This document shows positions 40,118 to 49,976 of a DNA stretch of 64,000 bases, piece after piece. The DNA lies in the NCBI GenBank assembly GCA_029262275.1, contig JAJCZS010000033.1, positions 2,350 to 66,349 of the forward strand, in the 5' to 3' direction. A program made the position numbers and the translations under genes. Position 1 is the first letter of the stretch; every line of letters starts with the position of its first letter. The notes beneath the pieces were generated by a model. The model saw only the letters and a list, made by a program, of their open reading frames with translations, did no database searches and was not told where the DNA came from. This DNA comes from Deltaproteobacteria bacterium. GTDB taxonomy: Bacteria > Desulfobacterota_D > UBA1144 > Nemesobacterales > UBA2774.

Positions 40118-40759
40118 CTAAGCTGTTTCTAACTCTCTCTTTAATTGCCTGTTTTTTCTTAGAAGATCATAAATATAAATTATTAAGATCACCCAAACAA
40201 CTATGTGACCCCAAAATAGATAGTTTAGCCTAAGAGGAATGGCCTCGAGTTTAACATTGTCGAGCCATACCTTGCCCTGTCCTTCCACTATTAGATTGAG
40301 TTTTACACTCTGGGGACTATCTCCTTTGTCTATATATAAAACTGTCTCGGCCCCTCTCCAATCTGTGGTTCCTGATATGGGAACTCGAGGACCTCTGGAC
40401 ACAAGCTCTTGCCCATCAGGGAATTTAGCAAGTAGTTCTAAATATGAAATACCTCTTGAATCCTCTGAAGCAATTAGGTTCTCTGAACGAATTTGTGCTC
40501 TATATGTTAGACGTTTATTGCCGAAATCTTCTTGGTCTAGCTCAAATAGCTCCACAGTAAGAGGCTTGCTTGCATTTATTAACAAAGACCCTGTATCGTC
40601 TACTGAAGTTTCTGTATCAATCTCTACATTAGTTTGCGTAATTATCTCACTAGTATTTGAAATAGGGAGTTCTATCTCTTTTTCTTGAGCAAGAGTTTTT
40701 AGGTTTGAAATAGCTATAATAACAAGAAGTAAGAATATAAAATGAAACTTGTCTCTCAT
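40118..40759 (-). CDS. secreted beta-sandwich domain fused to a C-terminal CcmD-like helix
   Basis: Signal peptide; GTTDW...GKVWLDNVKL carbohydrate-binding-like pattern; ends NYLFWGHIVVWVILIIYIYDLLRKNRQLKREL; occupies the ccmD slot. Confidence 0.7.
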   Translation of the reverse strand: MRDKFHFIFLLLVIIAISNLKTLAQEKEIELPISNTSEIITQTNVEIDTETSVDDTGSLLINASKPLTVELFELDQEDFGNKRLTYRAQIRSENLIASEDSRGISYLELLAKFPDGQELVSRGPRVPISGTTDWRGAETVLYIDKGDSPQSVKLNLIVEGQGKVWLDNVKLEAIPLRLNYLFWGHIVVWVILIIYIYDLLRKNRQLKRELETA

Positions 40760-40861
40760 GTCTGTAACCCGAATATAGCATACCCGTCATTTTTGACATA
40801 AAAAGCATAATTTTGAACGTAAAAAGTATAATATTGTAGATTATGTGATTACTGAATGGAT

Positions 40862-41566
40862 TTAGAACTCAAACCAATCATCATCCTCTTTTCTTTCATA
40901 AACAACTTCTTCTTTGTCTTGTTTGTATTGCAGAAAAAGTCCAAAAATCCCTAAAGCTAGCCAAAGGGTAGTAATATAGTATGTAAAATGGTTTCTGATA
41001 AATTCCTCGCTAAGCGGGAAAAACTCATTATTTTCTGAATAGATACCAACAGTTGCCACAATGAGCGCGCCAGTAAATGCAGTCATGCACATTACAAATA
41101 ATTTTGTAAATATTGGATAGTATATTTCTATAATCACAAAAAATATGGCTAGAACTATAATTGTTCCTAATGCATATGCACGAGGTATTGAAAAAAAGGA
41201 CGGCAGATTAAACGTTAGACAAACAATTATATCTATAGAAACAAAGAAAAGTACCATTAACAATGTTCTTGTGATGTAACCAAACCCTTGAATTAAAGCT
41301 GAAAGTATTAACCAAAACAACATATAGAGGAACTTTGGTACTAATGAAAGATCTAGAACTCTTTTGTTTGGCCCAGGAAATATTCGGTGAACAATATTGT
41401 CATAAAAATTGCTTTGTCGTTTTAGGAGAGTTATCAAATATTGATCAATTCTATAGCCAAAAAAGCAAAGAATAAGCCCAATGAAAAGAGAGATACATAA
41501 TAAAATGTATGTTAGAAATGAATACATGCCCATGATTTCTTCACATTTATTATATAAACATATCAA
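40862..41566 (-). CDS. DUF4203-like membrane protein (divergent paralog)
   Basis: GLILCFFGYR, MTAFTGA, LGIFGLFLQY; true start may be 41533. Confidence 0.65.
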   Translation of the reverse strand: MICLYNKCEEIMGMYSFLTYILLCISLFIGLILCFFGYRIDQYLITLLKRQSNFYDNIVHRIFPGPNKRVLDLSLVPKFLYMLFWLILSALIQGFGYITRTLLMVLFFVSIDIIVCLTFNLPSFFSIPRAYALGTIIVLAIFFVIIEIYYPIFTKLFVMCMTAFTGALIVATVGIYSENNEFFPLSEEFIRNHFTYYITTLWLALGIFGLFLQYKQDKEEVVYERKEDDDWFEF

Positions 41567-42219
41567 ACTTCATCAGAAGACTCCATAGTGTGCTCAGGTA
41601 TCCCCTTTTTAGGAAAAATGAAATATTGTATTAAGAATCCCAAACCAGACAACGCTATCCAGCCTAGAATGAGTCTATAAAGCTCAATATCTCCAATATT
41701 GTTAATAAACTCCGGGTTAGCGGGGTCAAATTTACTGCTTATAAGATATATCACGCTTATTACAGATAACCAGGCTCCAATCGCTGCAGTCATAAGAATA
41801 ATCATGAATTTTTGCAACAATAAGGCTACAATTCCACAAAACAAAGCAGGTATTACATATAAAATTGGTTCAATTATAATATCAAACGTTGCAATGATTC
41901 CTGAAAATAAAATGATTCCAAATAAGGCTCCTAGTAGAAAAACCCCTGCAGAATATAGAAATAACAAAATTATAGAAAGAATAAGACCTCCAGCTAAACC
42001 AGCTCCTATAACAACCAAGAAATCGCTACCTTTAGTAAAATGGAGTATAGATTCTTGAGTAAAAGCAAGTACCACAGCTACTGACAATAATGCACCTACC
42101 AAGAACCCTGTCACAGCCAGTAAAAATCTTAAGATTCTATAGCCAAACAAGCAGATAACTAAACCAAATATCGCTGCTGATATGAATAAAAGATTCGTTA
42201 TATTGGGAGCTAGATTCAT
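41563..42219 (-). CDS. DUF4203 / TMEM198-like membrane protein
   Basis: GLVICLFGYRILR, TAAIGA, GLGFLIQY; about 7 TM. Confidence 0.75.
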   Translation of the reverse strand: MNLAPNITNLLFISAAIFGLVICLFGYRILRFLLAVTGFLVGALLSVAVVLAFTQESILHFTKGSDFLVVIGAGLAGGLILSIILLFLYSAGVFLLGALFGIILFSGIIATFDIIIEPILYVIPALFCGIVALLLQKFMIILMTAAIGAWLSVISVIYLISSKFDPANPEFINNIGDIELYRLILGWIALSGLGFLIQYFIFPKKGIPEHTMESSDEV

Positions 42220-42351
42220 TAGATGTACTTCCAACCAATGCTTTAACTATTAGGATATAGAGAAAATATTATTTTACATATATTCAGCATGTTATAAGGA
42301 TATTTTACATTAATACCTTAGAATACTTAAAGTTCTATTTTGGCAGGTTGT

Positions 42352-43044
42352 TTAGCTCATTTTAAGTCTTGCAACTGCATCTTTCATTCGCTCCAAATCG
42401 GTTCTTTCAAGAAGAAGAACTACAAACAATAAAGAGCAAGCAAACATGTTTATTAAAAGTGCGTTCATCATCTCAGGAGATATACCTCCACCACCTGGAC
42501 CGAACACCACGGGAGAAATGCCTCTCATTACTCTTGCTGAAATATATACAAGCGGTAGGTCAATGAATGCAATAATTGCAAATACAGCTGCATATTTGGC
42601 TTTTTTAGTATCATTGCCTGCTGATGATCTGAGTACAAGATAGACGATATAGAGTATCCAGAGAATAAAAGTAGTAGTTAGCTGAGGATCCCAAGTCCAC
42701 CAGGTACCCCAAATAGGTTTAGCCCAAACACTACCTGTAATAATGGTCAGAGTTAAAAACAACACGCCCAATTCCGCCGAGCAATATGCCAAGATGTCCC
42801 ACTTCCGAGTCCCCTTCCACAAATACATAATGCTTGCTATAAACACAATAATAAATGCTACAGTGGCTACCCAGACGGTTCCCATATGGAAATAGAAGAT
42901 TCTTTGTATATGGCCCATCTTTGGCTCAGTTGGAGCATAAATGAAGGCAGCATATACAGAAGCTATAATGCTAATAAAGGCTAGAATGAATAAAATTCGT
43001 CTTATCATATGAATTAGATTTGCGACAAACCCGCTAGGATTCAT
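42352..43044 (-). CDS. ccmC: heme exporter CcmC (divergent)
   Basis: RIFYFH, TGSVWAKPIWGTWWTWD WWD domain; start may be ATG 43008. Confidence 0.92.
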   Translation of the reverse strand: MNPSGFVANLIHMIRRILFILAFISIIASVYAAFIYAPTEPKMGHIQRIFYFHMGTVWVATVAFIIVFIASIMYLWKGTRKWDILAYCSAELGVLFLTLTIITGSVWAKPIWGTWWTWDPQLTTTFILWILYIVYLVLRSSAGNDTKKAKYAAVFAIIAFIDLPLVYISARVMRGISPVVFGPGGGGISPEMMNALLINMFACSLLFVVLLLERTDLERMKDAVARLKMS

Positions 43045-43705
43045 CTATTATATATTCAAATGTAACAGCACAAGCTGTTACAAAGATTATATCGAAGGCT
43101 ATAAGGAGTTTCAAAGATGCACTTGCATCAAAAATCGTATTGCCATCTAAAACTTCTCCACTTAATTTAACTGCACTTACTATAACGGGGATTATTATTG
43201 GGAACAACAGTATAGGCAAAAGCACTTCTCTGAGCCTAGTATTTATAGCCATGGCTGAGAAAAGAGTGCCCACCGAAACAAATCCAATTGACCCCAATAA
43301 CACTATAGGAATCATTGGGATTAAAGTAGATACAAAGTCATAGTTGAAGAACAATATAAACATTAAGACTGTTATAACGCCGACGATAAAGACAAAAATT
43401 GTGTTACTTATCATTTTGCCAGCGTAAATTAAGCTTCTATCTGTAGGTGTCAGAAGCATGCCCATAATCGCATTTCCTTCTTTCTCCAGAGCAAATGAAC
43501 GGCTTAGGCCCAGAATTCCTGCAAAAATAAATGCAATCCAAAGCATAGCTGGAGCTGCAAGGTTAAGAATTTCTACCGAAAAACCAAATGCAAAATTAAA
43601 AACTACTATAATAAGTAGCGCAAAGAGCAGCATTGAGGAAAACAGCTCCTTGGTTCTAAGCTCAGTTACTATATCTTTTTTTATAATTGCTAGTACTTTG
43701 TTCAT
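43034..43705 (-). CDS. ccmB: heme exporter CcmB
   Basis: KDI..ELRT, RSFALEKE, REVLLPILLFPIIIP. Confidence 0.93.
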   Translation of the reverse strand: MNKVLAIIKKDIVTELRTKELFSSMLLFALLIIVVFNFAFGFSVEILNLAAPAMLWIAFIFAGILGLSRSFALEKEGNAIMGMLLTPTDRSLIYAGKMISNTIFVFIVGVITVLMFILFFNYDFVSTLIPMIPIVLLGSIGFVSVGTLFSAMAINTRLREVLLPILLFPIIIPVIVSAVKLSGEVLDGNTIFDASASLKLLIAFDIIFVTACAVTFEYIIDES

Positions 43706-43859
43706 TTGCGGCAACAAAACAACAATTTTTTCTTTTATTATAACTGATAGACCGTTAAAAGTTAGAGTTATACATTAAACAATCCAAACTTGATTATATA
43801 TTTATACAATTACAGCACTTTAGACTGTAAAACTAATGTGATTGTTTAGTAGTAAAATA

Positions 43860-43899
43860 TAAAAACTGGGCGGCAAGCGTAGCATACTTACCACCCAGT
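43860..43899 (-). terminator. intrinsic terminator after the cytochrome P460 gene
   Basis: Minus strand ACTGGGTGGTAAG...CTTGCCGCCCAGT-TTTT with G-U pairs. Confidence 0.75.
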
Positions 43900-43930
43900 G
43901 TGAAGGGAATACAAATAAAAAGCTTTATAT

Positions 43931-44443
43931 TTACCGTGTCATAATGTTATAAATACCGCCAGTAGATGCCACATGGCAGCCAATACACCCTTTTGGTTTA
44001 CCTGCTAGGGTAACACTCATTTTTTTGCCATCTTTTTCCATCTCTTTTACTTCAACTGTTCCATCAGGAGTGTATTTAACCCAAAAATAGTCATCTTTGC
44101 CCTCACCTGTTTTATCCATAACAGTTATTGCTCCAAGTGTCCCATCAGGCATATAGTTTTCCTTTATTATAATTGAGCCCTTGGGCATCTGTTTAGCCTC
44201 TGCTTTGAGGGCATTTGCTGCAACCTCATTAATATAAGTAGTAAGCAGCGCTCCGTGTGGGTGCGTACCTTTATATAACTTTCCTTTTCCTGGCCAAAGC
44301 GCCCAATTATCCTGATATTTTGCATCCTGCATCGAGCTCCAAAGTTTTGAAGCCTGAACAGATGCATCTCCACCTAATCCAGTCCCTATGTAAACAAATC
44401 CCACAGCTAGTACAAAGATAGTTAAATATAATAAATTTCTCAT
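43931..44443 (-). CDS. cytochrome P460 family protein
   Basis: Signal peptide; TYIN..A, MPKGSIIIKENY, C-terminal CIGCH; SD GGAGG. Confidence 0.82.
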   Translation of the reverse strand: MRNLLYLTIFVLAVGFVYIGTGLGGDASVQASKLWSSMQDAKYQDNWALWPGKGKLYKGTHPHGALLTTYINEVAANALKAEAKQMPKGSIIIKENYMPDGTLGAITVMDKTGEGKDDYFWVKYTPDGTVEVKEMEKDGKKMSVTLAGKPKGCIGCHVASTGGIYNIMTR

Positions 44444-44548
44444 ACTTAGCCTCCCCCGCTTGTTCTTTATAAGATAAGATGCAGGGAAATCAAATCCGTT
44501 TCAGAGAATTTGAAATTATTAAGTTAAGAGTTTAAAAAGGGGTGGGTA

Positions 44549-45280
44549 TTAACTGCCCTCTACATTGGAGATATAGAGATCTTTAAAGTTTGAAGGATTA
44601 ATATCACTTGCTGGGCTATCAAAAACAATCTTTCCTTTCACTAAAATTCCAACCCTATCGCTAAGGCCCAGCCCCTCATCAATATTATGAGTGGTCATAA
44701 GTATAGTTCGGCTCTGGCTTTTTAAATCTGACAGCATTTCTCCAAATATTTGGGCTCCGTTTAGATCTAACCCCGTATAGGGCTCATCTAGAAGGAGAAT
44801 CTTGGGTTCATGGACAATCGCCCGTGCTACAGTTAGGCGCTGTTTCATACCTCTGGAGAAAGTTCTTACTAAGTCATGCATACGTGATTTGAGACCTACC
44901 TGCTCTATTACGGTACTCACTCTATTGTCTATATTTAAAAGCCCATACAATTCAGCAAAAAATTTAATATTCTCAAAAGCAGTTAGATTTTCATAAAGAT
45001 ATGTATCATGAGAGATTACGCCTATTATAGTTCTTATAGATTGAACTTCACTTTTTGCATCGTAGTCAAACACTCTCAAGCTTCCAGAAGTAGGAGCCGT
45101 AAGGGTTGCAAGGAGTTTTATTAGAGTTGTCTTACCTGCCCCATTGGGACCAAAGAGTGTAAAGAACTCCCCTCTTTTTATCTTTAAGGAAACCCCCCTT
45201 AGTGCATCAAAATTACCATAGGTTTTCTTAAGTTCTTCAGCCAGAATATCAAAATCAGAATTTGTACTTGAGTTTGTCAT
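44549..45280 (-). CDS. ccmA: heme ABC exporter ATP-binding protein CcmA
   Basis: GPNGAGKT, FSRGMKQRL, LLLDEP; context with ccmB/C. Confidence 0.88.
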   Translation of the reverse strand: MTNSSTNSDFDILAEELKKTYGNFDALRGVSLKIKRGEFFTLFGPNGAGKTTLIKLLATLTAPTSGSLRVFDYDAKSEVQSIRTIIGVISHDTYLYENLTAFENIKFFAELYGLLNIDNRVSTVIEQVGLKSRMHDLVRTFSRGMKQRLTVARAIVHEPKILLLDEPYTGLDLNGAQIFGEMLSDLKSQSRTILMTTHNIDEGLGLSDRVGILVKGKIVFDSPASDINPSNFKDLYISNVEGS

Positions 45281-45297
45281 AATAGTTCTAAAATGAG

Positions 45298-46341
45298 CTA
45301 AGCTTTAACTACGTATTTGAGAAGCTCATCTGTTCCACCTAAATCGTCAACCCATAGCTTTAGTTCTTCCATCCCACTATCCATATCTACTGAGGGTTCA
45401 TAGCCAATTTCATCCTTAGCTTTTTGGATCTTATAGCTCCTTGATCCAGAAAGTGCAGCAACGGCCATTTTTGTTAGCACCGGTGGTTTCTTAGATTTAG
45501 TTAGCTTAAATATAGTCTCTAGAACTGCAGCTACTGAGAATGCAAATTTATATGGGATAGAAAACCCAGGCCTCCACTCTACTCCGGATGCCTTTAGTTG
45601 GTTTGCAAGAAAATCCATATAAGGAATCTTAGCTCCATCATTTATAAAATATATATTCCCAGGGGCATTCTTATTTCCTACCAAGATCAACAAAGCTTTA
45701 ACAAGGTTGTCTACATGACATGGTGTAACAAACCTATCTCCACTACCCATGGGGTACAATATCCCCTTCTTAGCGGCCATAACCACGCGAGGAAGTATAA
45801 CAGTATCCCCAGCTCCCCATACATTAGAGGGCCTAACAACAGTTGTTTCAAGTTCCTTCTCTTTAAAATACTGTAAGACTAATTTCTCAGCTTCAATCTT
45901 TGTAGCATTATAATGATCCACCTTTGTGTCTGCGTATGGATAGGTCTCATCAATGTCTACTAAATTATGAGGTCTCCAAAATTGTGATTTCCAAACTACT
46001 GTTGAGGAGCTCATATAAATAAATCTTTTTATACCATGAGCTTTTGAAGACTCTAGAAGTATTCGGGTAGCATCAACATTATATTTATAGAAATTCTCTT
46101 TATCTCCCCAGTCTGTTACAAGGGCAGCTAGATGGAAAACAACATCCCCGCCAGCAGGCAGATCCCTCAGAGCATCTACGTCAGATAGGTCTCCGTGAAA
46201 GAGCTCTACCCCAAGTTCTTCTAAAAGAGAAACATTACTCGTTTTTCTAACCAAGCACCTTACATCATAGCCATTAGCTACAAGAGCCTTGACCAGTTTG
46301 CTTCCTATAAACCCTGTACCGCCTGTGACAATAGCTTTCAT
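45298..46341 (-). CDS. NAD-dependent epimerase/dehydratase (3-beta-HSD-like extended SDR)
   Basis: TGGTGFIG, YNATK, VRPSNVWG. Confidence 0.9.
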   Translation of the reverse strand: MKAIVTGGTGFIGSKLVKALVANGYDVRCLVRKTSNVSLLEELGVELFHGDLSDVDALRDLPAGGDVVFHLAALVTDWGDKENFYKYNVDATRILLESSKAHGIKRFIYMSSSTVVWKSQFWRPHNLVDIDETYPYADTKVDHYNATKIEAEKLVLQYFKEKELETTVVRPSNVWGAGDTVILPRVVMAAKKGILYPMGSGDRFVTPCHVDNLVKALLILVGNKNAPGNIYFINDGAKIPYMDFLANQLKASGVEWRPGFSIPYKFAFSVAAVLETIFKLTKSKKPPVLTKMAVAALSGSRSYKIQKAKDEIGYEPSVDMDSGMEELKLWVDDLGGTDELLKYVVKA

Positions 46342-46434
46342 TCTTCAAACATCCAAGTCCTAATTTATTTTGTATTAATATACTCTTAAACAGTGAATAT
46401 CGTCAAAAGTACGGTTCTAAACAGGGTTATTTAG

Positions 46435-46523
46435 AAAAGAAAAGCCCCGTTTATGTACACTTACTATACACAAACGGGGTCAGGAGGATGTATGGTCAAT
46501 ATTACTTAGCTAATTGCCTTTAT
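46435..46523 (-). ncRNA. candidate small RNA
   Basis: TTGAAA-N16-TATTTT (46557-46530); no ORF; CCTCCT then terminator CCCCGTTTGTGTA...TACATAAACGGGG-CTTTTCTTTT. Confidence 0.5.
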
Positions 46524-46700
46524 ATTCTAAAAATAGTCATGAAATATTCATTTTCAAGGCACAGCGATAATATTTGCTAAATCCGATGGTTTAAAAGTTC
46601 GTTTAAGCTCTTAACACTCTCTTTAAATTTTAAATGTAAGATCATTGACAACTTGTCTGATATGGGACAAAATTAGGCACCTTACAAAAGGAGGACTACT

Positions 46701-47252
46701 TTGTTAATACCTAAAACAGCATTTATCACTAAGGGAGTAGGAAAACATAGAGAAAAGTTAACGAGCTTTGAGATGGCTCTTAGAAATGCCAAAATAGCTG
46801 AATTCAATTTGGTAAAAGTGTCTAGCATTTTCCCTCCTGAATGTAAGCTTGTTCAAAGAGCACATGGTCTTAAAAATTTATTTCCAGGACAGATACTTCA
46901 TGTGGTAATGAGTGAGAACGCCACAAATGAACCTAACCGTCTTGTAGCAGCTTCAGCCGGAGTTGCTATACCTAAGGATACCAATAGGCACGGGTATATA
47001 TCCGAGCACCATAGTTTTGGAGAGAAAGATACAGTAGCTGGTGAATACGCTGAAGACTTAGCAGCTTATATGCTAGCCACAACCCTCGGAGTCCCATTTG
47101 ATCCGGATAAGAGCTATGATGAGCAAAAAGATATATGGAAAATTAGTGACCATATAGTTAAAACCATAAATGTCACTCAAACAGCTGTGGGAGATAAAAA
47201 TGGACTTTGGACCACAGTAGTGGCAGCAGTAGTATTTGCTACATATAGATGA
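46701..47252 (+). CDS. pdaD: pyruvoyl-dependent arginine decarboxylase
   Basis: SFEMALR, NLVKVSSIFP self-cleavage site, GYISEH; TTG start with AGGAGG. Confidence 0.92.
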   Translation: MLIPKTAFITKGVGKHREKLTSFEMALRNAKIAEFNLVKVSSIFPPECKLVQRAHGLKNLFPGQILHVVMSENATNEPNRLVAASAGVAIPKDTNRHGYISEHHSFGEKDTVAGEYAEDLAAYMLATTLGVPFDPDKSYDEQKDIWKISDHIVKTINVTQTAVGDKNGLWTTVVAAVVFATYR

Positions 47253-47261
47253 GGTTAATAA

Positions 47262-48314
47262 TTAACCGTAATGCTCTTTAATCCAAGTTAGGTATTCGCC
47301 GCTCCTAACATTATTTACCCAAGCATCGTTCTCTAAATACCATTTTATAGTTTTTAGAAGCCCGGTCTCAAATGATTCAACCGGCATCCATCCAAGCTGG
47401 CTACAAATTTTATTTGAATCTATGGCGTAGCGTCTGTCGTGTCCGGGACGATCTGCAACAAAGGTAATAAGACCTCTCCTGGATTCTCTATTTGGTCTTT
47501 TCCCGACAATAACATCTAGATAATCACAGATCATCTCCACTACTTTAATATTCTGTGTTTCATTGCGACCACCGATATTGTAGGTCTCACCAATCCTACC
47601 CTTTTGCATGATTGTCCAGATAGCCGTGCAGTGATCTCTGACATAGAGCCAGTCCCTTATATTAAGACCATCGCCGTATATAGGGAGAGCAGTATCTTCT
47701 AGGGCATTTAATATCATAAGTGGTATAAGCTTTTCTGGAAACTGAAAAGGACCATAATTATTTGAGCAGTTCGAGATTGTTATGGGAAGGTCAAAAGTTT
47801 TGTTGTAAGCTCTGACCAGATGATCAGAAGAAGCCTTGGAGGCGGAATAAGGACTGTTGGGGCTGTAATGTGTGCTCTCCGTAAAGTATCCTCCATCCTC
47901 TAAACTACCGAAAACTTCATCGGTGCTAATATGATGAAACAAACGAATGCGCCCTCCTCTTTCTCTTGAGAGCTCAAGCAAATTATATGTGCCAAGAATA
48001 TTTGTTCTTATAAATTCAATTGGGCTTGCAATGGAGCGGTCAACATGAGACTCTGCTGCAAAATGGCATATTGCATCTATCTCAAATTTATCAAAAACCA
48101 CAGAGAGGGAGTCTTTGTCAGATATATCAGCTTTAACAAAAAAGTATCTATCCTCATAACTCTCTTCTATATCACAAAGGCTCTCAGGATTGCCTGCGTA
48201 AGTGAGCTTATCAACATTTATTATACGCCCCTCGAAGTCCGACTCCTCGAGTAGGTATCTAATGAAGTTAACGCCAATAAATCCTGCCCCGCCAGTTATG
48301 AGTAGATTTTTCAT
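47262..48314 (-). CDS. rfbB: dTDP-glucose 4,6-dehydratase
   Basis: [40 protein letters not shown]. Confidence 0.96.
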   Translation of the reverse strand: MKNLLITGGAGFIGVNFIRYLLEESDFEGRIINVDKLTYAGNPESLCDIEESYEDRYFFVKADISDKDSLSVVFDKFEIDAICHFAAESHVDRSIASPIEFIRTNILGTYNLLELSRERGGRIRLFHHISTDEVFGSLEDGGYFTESTHYSPNSPYSASKASSDHLVRAYNKTFDLPITISNCSNNYGPFQFPEKLIPLMILNALEDTALPIYGDGLNIRDWLYVRDHCTAIWTIMQKGRIGETYNIGGRNETQNIKVVEMICDYLDVIVGKRPNRESRRGLITFVADRPGHDRRYAIDSNKICSQLGWMPVESFETGLLKTIKWYLENDAWVNNVRSGEYLTWIKEHYG

Positions 48315-48315
48315 A

Positions 48316-49971
48316 TTAGTGTTTTAACATTTCCTGTGCTGCGTCTATGGTTTTCTGAGTGATATTAAATCCGCCAATCATCCTTGCAAGCTCGGCCACT
48401 CTGTCGTTTCCTTCTAGAGTCTTTATAGTAACTTGGGTTTTGTTATTATCATGAGTTTTAGAAACACTAAGATGAGAGTCTGCAAATTTTGCTACTTGCG
48501 GGAGATGCGTAATGCAAATTACCTGATAGCTCTGCGACAAATTGCTGATTTTCAGACCTACCGACTCTGCAACAGCGCCACCCACCCCCGAGTCTGCCTC
48601 GTCAAATATTATCACTGAGCCTCCCTCTACTCTTGCTATAACTTCTTTAAGCACAAGCATTATACGTGAGAGCTCACCGCCTGAGGCTACTTTAGTAAGC
48701 GGTTTAGGTGCCTCATCAGGGTTTGCAGAAAATAAAAAAGCTATATCGTCGATTCCATTTGAAGATACTTCCTTCTCATTAAACTCTATGTGGAATTTTC
48801 CTCCCTTAATTCCTACTTCTTTTAATTCTCTCTCCAGAGCTGCTGTTAATTTAGCTGCTGATTGTTTTCTCTTTTTTGATAGTCTCTTAGACATAGATAT
48901 TAGCGCAGCCATTAATTTCTCTGACTTTTCCGTGAGCAATTTAACTTGTTCATCAAAATGCTCAATATTGTCCACTTCTTTCTTAATCTCATCTCTTCTA
49001 TTAATTATTTCAGAAATGCTATCACCATATTTTCTCTTAAGCGTGTTTATAAGATGTATCCTGTCCTCAAGATCTTCCAGGGTCCCTGAGTCAGATGTAA
49101 GCACTGATGCGTAGTCTCTGATAGAATAGGTAGCTTCCTCTAGTTGTAAGGCCCCCTTTTCTATCGATAGACCAATTTCTTTTAGAGTTGGATCAATCTC
49201 TCCTATTTCTTTAAAATCACCTATCAAATTTTGAAGCTTCCCTAAAACAGAGCTTTCATTTTCATAAAGTGCTTCGTAAGCTCCAGAAGCTGTAGATTTC
49301 AATTTCTCAGCATTTAGCAGTCTTAATTTCTCTTCTTCAAGCTTCTCATCTTCTCCTGGGATCAATTCGGCCCCGTCAATTTCACTCAACTGATATTTAA
49401 TATAATCCTCTTTTTCAATCTTATCTTTTTGTGATTGCACTAGATCATCTAGTTCATTTTTTATTGACATATAGTCTTGGTAGGACTCTTTTATATTCTG
49501 CGTCTCTGCAGAGGTTTGTCCAAAATCATCGACTATTTTCAAATGATTCTCATCACGCAGCAGACTTTGGTGCTCGTGTTGGCTAAATATATCAACCAGG
49601 CCCTGTGTTATCCGAGATAAGAGTGATATTGTTGAAAGGCTGCCATTGATGAATACGCGGCTCCTAGAGTTACGTTGGATAACTCTTTTGATGAGAAGCT
49701 CCCCTGATGAGGTTTCAAATCCTGCACTCTCAAGCCTCTCTTTGATTACTTCATCACGCGATATATCAAAAAGTGCTTCTATATGTGCTTCTTCAGCTCC
49801 GCTCTTAATATTATCCGCAGAGGCTTTATCACCCAAGATAATGTTTAAAGCATCCACTATCACGGATTTACCCGCACCGGTCTCTCCGGTAATAATGTTT
49901 AGACCGCTACTGAGACCTACAGAGAGGTCTTCAATAATTGTGAAGTTTTTTAAGGTGAGTCCTAAAAGCAA
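48316..49971 (-). CDS. recN: DNA repair protein RecN
   Basis: [30 protein letters not shown]. Confidence 0.96.
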   Translation of the reverse strand: MLLGLTLKNFTIIEDLSVGLSSGLNIITGETGAGKSVIVDALNIILGDKASADNIKSGAEEAHIEALFDISRDEVIKERLESAGFETSSGELLIKRVIQRNSRSRVFINGSLSTISLLSRITQGLVDIFSQHEHQSLLRDENHLKIVDDFGQTSAETQNIKESYQDYMSIKNELDDLVQSQKDKIEKEDYIKYQLSEIDGAELIPGEDEKLEEEKLRLLNAEKLKSTASGAYEALYENESSVLGKLQNLIGDFKEIGEIDPTLKEIGLSIEKGALQLEEATYSIRDYASVLTSDSGTLEDLEDRIHLINTLKRKYGDSISEIINRRDEIKKEVDNIEHFDEQVKLLTEKSEKLMAALISMSKRLSKKRKQSAAKLTAALERELKEVGIKGGKFHIEFNEKEVSSNGIDDIAFLFSANPDEAPKPLTKVASGGELSRIMLVLKEVIARVEGGSVIIFDEADSGVGGAVAESVGLKISNLSQSYQVICITHLPQVAKFADSHLSVSKTHDNNKTQVTIKTLEGNDRVAELARMIGGFNITQKTIDAAQEMLKH

Positions 49972-49976
49972 TTGCC

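Noticed and set aside
46482-46509. Plus-strand AGGAGG with micro-ORF MVNIT
   Set aside because: Only 5 codons with short SD spacing. The G-U pairs and U tract of the adjacent hairpin favour a minus-strand RNA; kept only as an alternative reading.
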